From Basidiobolus meristosporus CBS 931.73 (Eukaryota > Fungi > Basidiobolomycota), in the NCBI GenBank assembly GCA_002104905.1, contig MCFE01000502.1, positions 1,707-65,706 on the forward strand: a DNA stretch of 64,000 bases, written 5' to 3'. Position 1 is the first letter of the stretch, and each line of letters starts with the position of its first letter. Below are positions 53,085 to 64,000 of the stretch, in pieces. The position numbers and the translations under genes are program-made. The notes under the pieces were generated by a model, which saw only the letters and a program-made list of their open reading frames with translations, had not been told where the DNA came from and did not search any database.

Positions 53085-55200
53085 ATGCGGTCAGCTTTTT
53101 CCTCTCTATCTCTGTTTCGAGAATCAGAGTTCCAGCAGTTAGATTCCGGCGGCAGTCTATTATTTCTCGATGGGCACTCACGACAACATCCGACAATTAT
53201 AAATTTCTTCACTTCACCTTACTTTATCCTACTCGTACTCTTAGTAAGTTTGGGTCAGGTTAGGTTTTACCTTGCTATTTTACTGATGAACTTTAGGCCC
53301 TATTAGTGAACCGTATTAACACCCTGGTGCCACTCCATCCCCCAAGAGTGCTCTCTATATTTTCAAGAGTGTGTTTACGAGCTCCTGGAATCGTGAGTCT
53401 TACCCAGGCCAATCTATGGCTAGCTTCCATAATCTTATCAGAATACAAGTTGGATCCGGAGGAGTTGCTCATATTAAGGAATCTAGATCTATTCGTCCAG
53501 AAACCCAAATATACTTCAGAAGATGCTTTATGGTGGCTGTTTTTGACTATGGGGCTAGTTACCTTGGTGAGGGTGTTTGTGTCTTGTGTAGAGAATCAGT
53601 ATGTCCATTTTTTGTAAATTCGCCAACTGCCTGGTTTGACTAAATAGCATCACGTTCTTCACTTAGAGCGCCAGCCTACGAGCAAACGATGACACTAACT
53701 GAATGGGGATTTATGTTTTACATGCACCACAAAGGCGACGCGTTGATTGTAGCTTTAATCCAAAGCCTTACTATGCTTACCATTGAGGTTATAGAAATCC
53801 ATCCTCGAGGGAAAAAGTACCGGCTTATTCCAACGACAGTGTGGGGAGTAACCGGCCTTGTTCACTTTATATACGCTATATGGCATCGTTCTTTCACTTA
53901 CCCAAATATTCAAATTTTGACCCGCCTTCCGGAAGTTTTGGTTATAGTGATTATTGCGATGTTCGCACTATTGCACGGCCTTGTATATATATTCACCGGA
54001 GGAGAGGGAGCTAGTGAGATATTAAGCTCCGTAGATCTCCCCCAACTTGGAGAGGACTATACGCTGGCGGTTTTTAGATTAGGCACTGCGTGCTTGGAAG
54101 CTGTACGAAAAGTGGGATTAAGAAATGAAGTCGAGTCTGTATATGTACCGCGGTGCACTTACTTCGATTTGCCAAGCGAGCCATCCGCAAAGAGTAGAAT
54201 ACTGAAACTAGGATTTAACAACGAGATACAAGACTCTATTCCAATTCAAAGCAATCGGCCAAACCCCGTGTCAATCCACTCTATTTATTGGGGCACTTTG
54301 GTTAAAGATTTCATGACCTCATTGTGTCAAGCGGCCAAAGTGTGGGCACGTTTAGAAATTAGAAGGCTATTTCGATTCGCTCGGGGTATCGGCATAGACT
54401 GGTTTTTTCCTGATGGTTCAGAAGAAGCCTCCGGCGACATTCTGAAATCAAACAACGCTTGGAACATGAAGCATCCCACCTTGGCATCTCATCAGCAATT
54501 GTACACGAGATTCCTCAGAAGCGTATCTCCAGCCACAGACGTCACTGATTTTTGGGATGAGGAAGATGACGATGATGATGACTTTACCCCTGCCGTGGAT
54601 AACGAACAAGCATTGCTCGATAGTGAAGAAGAATTTGGACCAGATGTGTTCAGCACAGATACCCAGAATGGGCACAGTAGCATAGCGGGCCGTCAATGCG
54701 CGAACGAGATGTCGTCCGAATATGTCTCAAGCGATGAGGACCTTGGAGATAATAACGAAACTCTAAATCTTATCTCTGAGATCATGCAAGACTCTGAAAG
54801 CGACTCTGATACTTCAGTAGAATCTACAGTGACTCAGACTATCGCACCTAGTGTGGCCAGCGCCCCGGCCATATCCACGCTCTATGCACATATGTTCCAC
54901 CAAGGATCGCCAATGACACGACGCCGCTATCATACATTAAATAGGCATATTCAAATTGCCTCTGAAATGCAACTCGTGGAGTCCATCCTCACCCATCGAA
55001 ATAGGACACGCACCACTACCCAAAACTCCGCCGTAACATGTGTTGTGTGTATGAACCATCCGCGCTCCGTGCTTCTCAGGCCATGCAGGTGTCTTTGCTT
55101 GTGTGATTCCTGTCGAATTGACCTAGCTAGACGAGACATCGACCGGTGTCCTTGCTGCCGACGATTGGTCGAAGGGTATAGTAAGGTATACCTTGTTTAA
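53085..55200 (+). CDS. Transmembrane RING (C3HC4_3) E3 ubiquitin ligase, Asi1/Asi3-like, 3 exons
   Basis: Multiple TM segments, the motif EDYTLAVFRLGTACLEA typical of fungal Asi-like ligases, an acidic linker and C-terminal CVVC...PCRCLCLCDSC...CPCCR. Confidence 0.85.
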
Positions 55201-55634
55201 TTTCGCATCTCCATTCCGTCAAGCCTGCCTGATGTTGCCAGTCTAGAAACGGCCCTCTATGTCTATGTGGATATACAGAGACCCTCGCCAAACCCCTCAC
55301 ACAGCATTGCTGATTCCAAATTTACTGCAACTTTGCATGTCATCATCAATAAAGTCAGGCCATTTATGTAGGGTTGAATACCAACACTTCATTGTTGGAA
55401 GAAAATAATGCTGTATGAAATCAATTCGACAAATTCATGCATTAAAGACCCACTCTGTATTCGTAAATCTTCGTGGTGTAATATCCAGCCCAGAGTAGAG
55501 AGAAAAGTCCAACATGTAAAGATCCCTTGGATCTATTTTTCTTTGCATCCTTCAGGGTCACAGCAGAGAGCCCACAGCACACACCTAAGGCATTCCAGTC
55601 TAATTAGACATGATTGTTACGGAAGGATATTTGA

Positions 55635-56049
55635 TTAGACCCTACCTGCTGCCAGTTCTTCACCCAAATCTTGATTTTGGCTTAATATGTAAGCGGCTGT
55701 TCCAAACAACGCGGCAAATCCGTATCCCAAACCAGTTTCGAATACTGAAATTTTTATAGGGAAGGGGCGCCTTGGGCAACTCTTTGGGTCCTCAAGATCT
55801 TTCTCATATTTGATAGCTTTGGGTCTACATGAGAGCATATTCCAAGTTGTACAGACAACACCTAAAAGAGGGTGCTAAATTAGAACTCCGATACACATCA
55901 ACTTGATGGTTTCCCTATTATTTCAATTGATCAGCCGATCACCTACATATAGTTCCAAGAACGATGGTGGGATGGCATTTCCCGGTTGGTAAACGAGATA
56001 TGATCGCGTTTGGTAATGTGTTCGACAAGTATGCAAGAACCACGTACAT
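55635..56049 (-). CDS. Possible small membrane protein, 2 exons
   Basis: MYVVLAYLSNTL...IVLGTI splices via GT..AG to CVVCTTWNML...GLGYGFAALFGTAAYIL. No family recognised and the start is uncertain. Confidence 0.3.
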
Positions 56050-57645
56050 GGTAGTGGTGGTATGGGAGACGAAAGGTAGAGTAAAGTGACGTTACAGGAA
56101 AATAACTTCGGCCTGCAAGATTGATGAATCCTGGAATTAACTAAGGAATGCCAAGTCCGCGCGGACAAAATATTTATATGCAACTGAACATGGACATCAA
56201 ATCTCCTAGATGGACAAGAAGGGTCCACAAGTCGCCTGGAACAATCCAACATACATTGGACTAAATCTAGATCTGATAAAGAAACCACTTGACAACATGG
56301 GCTTAGCCATTGAAACCCAAATGACTGTCTTCAAGCCGATGTACTGATTGAAGCATCCATTTGATTAGGGATGGATCTGGTCTGGCCATCACCTAATTAG
56401 TACGTGATTATAAATCCCTGGAATTTCGGAGGTTGATTAAACTGGTGATTAACATGACAAAACATTTGAAGTCATTTTGTTTATTTGTATTTGATGCCTG
56501 CTATCACAAACTTAAGCTGTAGATAACAGAGTTGTTGGGGTTGGCACAACACTCTAGATATCCGGCGAGTATACATTGATCAAGAATCCTATACCTATGT
56601 CTGCCGACTAACATGGTAAGCGGTTTACCATGTCTTGACCGACGCTTCCAGGAAAGATGTTTTATCTTATCCATACTGCAATCCCGGACAATCGTTTCTC
56701 TAGGTAAGTGTGGCCATAGTGTATCTTTTTAGATTGTTGAAGCTGTTACACAAGTCACAGATACACTGTTGCTTTACTACATGATTCTTCAGCCTGTATC
56801 ATGATTCCATTGGCTTATAAGTATAGCATTGCTGAAACCCTTTAAATAAATATGCAGATATCTGTTACTCATTCATATTTCCCCGCATCCTGTTTATACA
56901 GCCAATGTTGTCGAGGTTTCAGTCAATACTGATTGGATAAGCTAATGCTCATCAAATGCATTGTATATTAGACGAGGTGGTCATCAATATTGCGGATACT
57001 AGTGCCGATACAGATGTAATCAGTTAGCTTAATTTCGAATCAAATGCGTAAACTCTCCGCCCTGAATATATTAGTAAGTTAGTATGAGCACATCCACTAA
57101 TCATCACTCATTTCCAAATTTGGATTTTAAGTGAATACCTGAAGGCACAATTTTATCAACTCTCAAAAGCAGGATTCGCGCGAGTTTCTCTAATTCTTCT
57201 TTATTCCCTCAAGTCTTCATTTTTTGTTGGTACACAACATCAATAGACTCTTTGAATACCACTACACACATTTCACTTGAACAAACCTGAGCTAAATTGT
57301 TGCCTATCGCCAACAGCTTTGCCATCACCATACAATCTTCAACATTTTCCAATGTTTGATCCTGGTTAATTTTCTCCAACTATATCTTTATTATTACTTG
57401 TCTACCGCCCATTTTGACGCCCTAACCAAATTAATTCGCTTTACGAATATACTCCAAGCTTCACCTACATCTCATAGAAAGCAGGTTGGTTCTAGTCCAA
57501 ATGCTTTCTTTCGTAGGCAATATTGCTAACAAAAAATTACTAAACAGACTTACGATTCTGGTGCTGCGCGGCCTATATCTCCCTCTTACATATTTTTGCA
57601 AAAAAACTTCGCAATTTTCCCTGTCAAAGTCCTCCTTTATCCACA

Positions 57646-58359
57646 ATGGCAAGGATAACTGGTACCAACTTTTCCCAGCCTCGTCTCATCAATCCTCCTA
57701 CCCTCGTCGAGTATAAGAACCTCCGGTTCGTGATTGCAGATGCTCCTTCGGACAACAATCTTGCGCTCTACCTAAAGGTACGAAACTTTAGATCTTTGCA
57801 CTTGAAAAATGTTTTTGATGAGTTTTTCTTCGCTTTCTAGGAGTTTGAAAAGTACAATGTAGTGGATGTAGTTCGGGTTTGTGAGCCAACCTATTCTAAA
57901 GAGCTCCTCGAGAAAAAAAACATAACTGTTCATGTAAGAATCCTATTTTTCTTTCCGAGCTAGCACCTTATTGAACCAAGTATTCACAGGATTGGAGCTT
58001 TCCCGACGGAGATGCACCGCCCCATACCATTGTTAACAGTTGGATGGAGCTAGTTAAAAAGCGCTTCGGAAAAGATAATGAAGTCACCAACCATTCGATT
58101 GCTATTCATTGTGTAGCTGGCCTCGGGAGGTTAGCATATATACTTGTTGGCCCTCTAACCCTTTGTACAGCCCGTACTAACATCACAATATAGAGCCCCA
58201 GTTTTAGTTGCAATTGCTTTGGTTGAATACGGTATGGCTCCTCTGGATAGTGTGTCGTTCATACGTGAGAGACGCAGAGGAGCAATCAATAACAAGCAGC
58301 TTCGTTATCTTGAAACTTATAAACGCCGTTCCAAAGGCGAGAAGTGTATCATCAGTTGA
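57646..58359 (+). CDS. PTP4A: PRL / protein tyrosine phosphatase type IVA, 4 exons
   Basis: [19 protein letters not shown]-loop [20 protein letters not shown], polybasic tail and CaaX box CIIS*. Confidence 0.95.
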
Positions 58360-58908
58360 AGCATACCGCTAGCAGCACACTCAATGATGGTTCTTGGCCG
58401 ATCTCCTCGTTTCGTGGCATTTCTTTACTTCTCCACATCATATCAGTTACCACCTATATTACCTCTTTCCATCATTTCTCAATATTTTTAATGACTCCGG
58501 TAAACCTTGGATGGATTCCCCAACCCTCACTCCTTCACCAGTAGTTCAAAAATGCCCATTCGTTCATGTTACTCACCCATTCTCATTCTCAGACTCCCCC
58601 TCGATTTTTCTCTTGATATATGAATTAGTTTATTGTAATAGTTTGTCGGAGCTGAAACGGCTTGACCCTCTATAAAGTCCGCATGAACAATATATTTGAA
58701 TGTTGTATATACTGCTCCTCAAATAGCTGAGTAACATTAGTAGCTATTGCCTCATTGTTGCACAACGAATGGATCACTTCACAGATACCGTGGGAGCGTG
58801 ACCCTAGGTTTAGTTGATTTGACTGCCATTAGCCATTCTGAAAGCCTCGCAATTATTACGCGGATGACGTTTGAGCTGAGTTTGAGATGATGACTGAATA
58901 TTCCATGG

Positions 58909-59788
58909 TCAGAATTCTAGATCATGTTCCATGATCAATGCTTCAAGGAGTCTATCAGTCAATAATTGCAGGCGGTATAGCACGATATATGACCTCGATT
59001 TAGGAAACATTAAATACTCTTTTAATGAAACAACCGAAGCGCTACTGGAAAGTTGAGGGTGAATGGAATATTCAAAAGAGAATGGATTTATACTTGCTGG
59101 ATTATAGGGTTGAAATAAGGTCCCGTTTGCAAGCACCTGATTCATAAGAGTGTGCTGGGAAAAGTCCAAAAGTTGCGTGACCAGGTTGAATTAGTTTTGG
59201 ATAATGGTGAAGATAATGATCAGTTCGATGTAATCCAGAGCACCAGAAAACAAAACTTATACTCAGTGGATGTCACAACCTAATTAGAAAAGTTATGCTT
59301 GTATATACACCAACTGGCACACTTGGTGTCACAATAAACAATGGGATTAAGCGATCGACCCGAAGGTTTCTAGCTTTTCATACGGATTATCCAAGATATA
59401 ATTGGCACAAAAATCATACTACTCCATGTGCTGGTTCGCAATACGGTCGAGGAGGATTTGATTGTTATCGGTGAGTGCCAAGTTCAATCCATTCTCCGCC
59501 AGAAAGCCTTCAAGCTTTACAGCTGGGTGAAGTGACCGGTAAGTTTTAAACTTCATTTATTCTTGTGGAAAATTCAACTTCTGGCATTTTGCAACAGTAA
59601 TTCTGATACGCAGTAAACAAGCCAAATATTTTGTGCATCTCAGTCCTATCGTTGGATACAATGTTTTCAAGAAACTGGGCCAGGTCAACACTCTCAAAGG
59701 GCAACAGGCTGTTCTGCTCTTTCTGAATGTGTTGGGCCAAGTCTATTAGCCTTTCTTCTTTTCCCGATCTAACTCCGAAGGGCAGCAC
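58909..59788 (-). pseudogene. Possible decayed coding remnant, family not identified
   Basis: Protein-like frames broken by stops (LAQFLENIVSNDRTEMHKIFGLF..., LEGFLAENGLNLALTDNNQILLDRIANQHME*). Confidence 0.2.
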
Positions 59789-59791
59789 GTT

Positions 59792-60154
59792 GGGTTAGGG
59801 AGAGGGAAAGCCACTAAGGTAGGTGCAATCTTTATTTGAATTCAGATAAGCCTAACTACAAATAATGGATTAGGGGAGAGAGGGATGATAATGTAGGGCT
59901 AGGGGTCTAAATTCTTTTATTAAATCTGATAAATTATGATAATACTATTTCAACTTGATTCAAGCTTAATAGAGCAAAGGGTTAGGGGAGGGAAAGTCAC
60001 CAAGGTAGGTGAAGGGTTAGGGGGAGGAAAGTCACCAAGTGGTGAAATCTTTATTTACTTATGACAAGTATCCAAAGAAGCCATGTTAATCTGAAGTAAT
60101 TCCTAGAAAGCTAGGGTAGGGGGAGACAGTCACCAACAGGTGAAATCTTTATTT
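59792..60154 (-). repeat. Four imperfect copies of a ~35-45 bp unit (AAATAAAGATTTCACC..TTGGTGACTTTCC..CCCCTAACCC) downstream of the LINE ORF
   Basis: Copies at about 59792-59836, 59979-60012, 60014-60056 and 60114-60154 (plus strand gggttagggg..aaagtcaccaa..ggtgaaatctttattt). Confidence 0.85.
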
Positions 60155-61022
60155 CAGTAGAAACAAAGAAGCCAGCGCTACTGTTGTAGCTTTGGTACAA
60201 GAGTGTGTAGCTGAGGGGAATTTGTAGGTAAGTTAATAAGAAGTGATGATAGCTCTTCAGTGCTCAACACACTGTTCAGTGGGAAGGGGGGTAGCAAGAG
60301 AGGTAAGAATGACTTGTGAACAACATTAATGAGGGGAATGTGATAAGGATTGATATTCATCATAAAGGGAGTGTGCTGCTGCAGATATTGCTGCCAAAGG
60401 TCTGTCAAGTACTTCAGGTAGGCCAGCTTGGGTTTTTCTGACTGCCGAATATAATGAGCAAACTTCTTGACTTCAGGATCTCCAAGTATAGCTCTCCAGC
60501 AGGAGCCAGGTGTAGTGTGGTGTGTTCTCTTCCAGGCCTTAATCAGTGAGTTGTTGCAGTTGTGAAGTCTGAGATATGATCTGGTTCTAAGGTAGAGAAG
60601 TCTGATCTTATAGGGCATAAACCCAAAAGCACCAAGAATAGCATGTCTGTAGGGGCATTCAGGCAAATGAGGCACCAAGGAGGTAATGCACCATACTGCA
60701 AACTTGTCAAGCTTAGTGCAGTCTCTAGAAATAAGAGAGAGAAGTGGTAAGCCAAATTCCAGGACAGGGAAGACAAACTGCTTGAGTAGAAGGAGGCAGC
60801 TGGGAGCTGAAGTTTTAGGAGGAGTAACAGCCAGTAGCTTGTGGAGTGCCTGTCTTGCCAGGATAATTCTCTTCTTCAGGTGTGCTCCAGAGTCTAGTCC
60901 AGTAGGAAGGAAAGGAAAGCCAAGATATGTAGCAGAAACCTGAGCAGGTAGAGTGGAGTTCTCCAAGTTGATGGGAGAGCCCAAAGGTACTGTCTTTGCA
61001 ATGGAAAGCTGGAGATTATTCT
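59792..61022 (-). mobile_element. Non-LTR retrotransposon (LINE) 3' fragment: RT thumb/C-terminus and 3' UTR, interrupted at 61022
   Basis: ORF 60178-61022 has NNLQLSIAKT, ATYLGFPF and LLKQFVFPVLEFGL, typical of the end of a LINE RT. Only two CpG seen in ~1.2 kb. Confidence 0.8.
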
Positions 61023-61719
61023 TGTTGTGCATCAACATTTAAAACTTTGTCAATTTTACTCCGTTTGAAAATCTAGTACCCTAACTGATTTTCCCTAACC
61101 CAAACATAACAAATCCCAGTTACAGTTTATTTGATCCCACCTCAGAATCTATTTTTAGCTATCACACCTGATCTATTTTCAAATGGTCATCAAGTTATCA
61201 ACCTATCTGCCAAGCCTTCCCAGGTGATTAGTCATCTGAGATCTATCCAACCATTGTGCAGCTGCCAAGACATCAGTTGATTGATGATGTAATTTTCATT
61301 TATCTTATGCACCTATGAACACCCAAATTGATTTCCATCAATCCAGTCTCTTGGCGCTTACTAATTCAACTTGATCAGAAAAGTATAAATAAAGTGTACT
61401 GAACCTTTTGGTTTAGTGTGTGTCTCAACAAAATTAAGATTCTGTCTCAGCAAAAATAAGAATCCAACAATTCCGTTCTAGTTTCTATCCAAGCCTAGTA
61501 TATCTAGCACTCCAAAGAACACCAAGCCTAGCCTGCCTAGCAAACAAATATCATTGCCTTTATAGCCAACCCAGCTATTTCCAAGACCAATATTAGATCA
61601 GAATCTTTCTGCTAATATTTCCGCCACTCTCTGACAATTCTAAGATTCTGCACTTAATTGTCCCTTTGGTTCAGTTAAACCATTCAAGAGTTTTATTACA
61701 CTTTCTCTTGGATACAACA
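61023..61719 (+). repeat. Putative 5' LTR of the Ty3/gypsy element (~697 bp)
   Basis: Bounded by TGTTGT...ACAACA inverted termini and contains TATAAATAAA (~61384). LINE homology stops exactly at 61022 and gag starts 41 bp after 61719. The second LTR is outside the window. Confidence 0.65.
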
Positions 61720-64000
61720 TTTTTTTCGTTGAATTCCATTACATTCAGCCAATTAGAAGATGTCCTCAGCAGCAAGCAATCCAAACCTTTCCATGTTGGA
61801 AGAAGCCAGAAGAAATCAGGAAGAACTTACTGAACAGCTTGAAAACATCATGCTTGAAAGAAATACCATGATGATTGAGCACTCAAAGCTTGCCAAAACA
61901 AGATCTGATAATCACCGTAGAGATGAACTCCTTGAAGTTATATCCAGTTTCCAAGATGAAATTGGAATAATTAAGGAAGCACTGGAGAATATTGCCATAG
62001 TAATTGACAGCATTGAAAATCCACCAAGCCTTGCTCTGCATCAGCCACCAAGAAGTCATGCCTTTGAATCCTCCAGATCTACATCTCCTTCTAGACCTGC
62101 CCTGGTGGTTGTCCCAAGATCCTTGCCTGTTTATGCTGAAGGCACCCATGCCATCAAGAATCCAACTGAGTTTCTTTACAAGTTTAGTCACGTCTTAGCT
62201 GCACACCAGCTAGACCCTGACACCAACTGGGCTAGACTTCTGCCTCTCTGTCTCACAATGCAAGATGCTGACTGGGTTGAAGTGAACATTCCTTCCAATA
62301 GTACGTGGAAAATTGCCCAAAACCTCTTTTGCAGCCATTTTGAAGATCCTCTCAAGAAAGCACATCTGAACTGCGACTTATGGAAAACTAAAATGCAAAA
62401 AGGTGAATCTGTGCAACACTTCTGTGATAGATTCCAAAGACAAATGAGATTAGCTGGAGTTAGTGATGATAATCCATTGCTTACTGCTCATTTTCTTTCA
62501 AACTTTTCACACCAGCTACAGAGCAATATTGCTATTGTCAAAGCATGCAACCCTGCACGTACCTATGACCAGATCTCAGAGATATGTACACTGGCAATCA
62601 CCTTGACTGCAGCTGTTAGCCAGACTTCAGGCAGCTCAACCCAATATCCCACAACAGCCGGAAAAGAGACCAGTCATGTGACCAAGAAGCAGTCAACCGC
62701 TACTAAGCACTGTGAGCTTCATGGAAAATGCTATCATTCTACCAGTGAATGCAAAGGCATCACCAAGCAGTCAAACAAGTCAGGAAACACCGCAGAAAAG
62801 CAGCAAAACACCAAAACTGATAATCCATATGCTGATGACAAGTGCTTTAAATGTGGAAATAGGGACATAGATCACCTGCCTGTCCTGAGAAGAACTCCAC
62901 ACCATCAGCCAAAATTACCCAGATCCTTGATGATCATTCAGCCAATGATACAATGGGGTATGAAGAAGCATATGAAGAACTTACAGTTCAAGATTATCAC
63001 AACCTCTTTGAGTTTCCGGCTAAAATTGCAACTGTCCAAGAAAAGAAGCAACCAATCACACAGCTCAAAGCCATAGAAGTGCCACTCACCCTCAATGGCC
63101 AATCATACGTAGCACTACTGGATACTGGATCATCCAACTCTATTGTATCACCCAATGTAGTCAGAGAACTCAATTTGGAGATAGAAAAACAACCAGGAAA
63201 AATCATTCTTGCAGCTAAGGATCTCTCAGCCCCAAGAATTGGCATTACCAACCCAATCAACATACATTGTGGCTCAGTAACCATAATCCATCAGATGGAA
63301 GTGATTGACATACCAGATGGACCTCAGGTAGTCATTGGTCTGGACACCTTCACCAAACTTGGCTTTCACATAGGCGGACTACCGGTTTCCTATCCAGGAA
63401 TCACTAAATCTCAGCCGCTCATAATGGATCAAATCCCAGAGATTATCTCATCCCAACCGGAAGAAGAAGAGTTAACCCCAACTTTTCAAGAATATTCTCA
63501 ATCAGTCAAATTGGATATTCAGCCGGCCATAGAGAGAAATCAGGCCATTCCAAGGAACAGCTTCTGCACCATCCCAGAATCCATTGTTACACTAGAGACC
63601 CCACCTGGTGAGTCAACATGGAGGAGGCAATACCCAATTCCGCATTCATGTCAACACTTAGTTGATGAGATAGTCCAAAAATGGGCTGACAATGGAATTA
63701 TCACTCAAGCCCCTGTCAACACAACATTCAACAGCCCTTTGACGCTTGCACCAAAGAAAGATGCTGATGGAAATCTAACCCTGAAGAGACCCTGTTTGGA
63801 CCCCAGACCTCTGAACAAGCTTCTCCAAGATGACAAGTTTCCAATTCCAAGAATCCAAGATATCTTTTCCGCACTATCAGGAGCAAAAGTATTCTCCAAG
63901 TTGGACTTGAAGGATGCATATCACCAATTCCAGATCCATCCTGATCATCAGCATAAGACTGCCTTTACTTGGAATAATATGCAATGGATGTTTCAGGGAG
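61023..64000 (+). mobile_element. Ty3/gypsy LTR retrotransposon (gag-protease-RT), truncated by the window end
   Basis: gag from 61760 (retrotransposon gag-like MQKGESVQHFCDRF; zinc knuckles), protease ALLDTGSS, RT WRRQYPIP...FNSPL...CLDPRPLN...FSKLDLKDAYHQ...KTAFTW. The pol frame is open from ~62863 to the window end. Confidence 0.95.

Noticed and set aside
59792-60154. Repeat-spacer-like pattern resembling CRISPR
   Set aside because: Eukaryotic context, degenerate repeats, highly unequal spacers and no cas genes. It is better explained as LINE 3' ends.

Overview
This is a eukaryotic, intron-rich genomic window with short GT-AG introns. Gene content and style point to an early-diverging fungus (Mucoromycota/Zoopagomycota-like; inference). 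About 15 intact multi-exon or single-exon genes can be reconstructed by hand: a partial PAQR/IZH receptor, CENP-C/Mif2, a zinc-ribbon protein, an EMI1/DUF3128 protein, a GPI-anchored Kre9-like protein, PP4 regulatory subunit 1, RNase T2, an ABCC transporter, the ATG26 sterol glucosyltransferase, a Cys-rich membrane protein, a PAS-only protein, a GH16 Crh-like enzyme, a BAR-PH-PH-C2-RasGAP, an Asi-like RING E3 and a PRL phosphatase. Between them lie decayed gene remnants (clearest: an alpha-arrestin pseudogene) and CpG-depleted retroelements: an internally deleted Ty1/copia with two LTRs at 2.7-3.7 kb, and at the right end a Ty3/gypsy element inserted into a LINE whose 3' end is a stack of TTAGGG-containing repeats. 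The most notable oddities are an ABCC transporter whose NBD1 has lost nearly all catalytic motifs, the BAR-PH fusion on a RasGAP, and the telomere-like stacked LINE 3' ends. No rRNA, tRNA or CRISPR array was recognised. Gene models are manual and internal exon boundaries are approximate.
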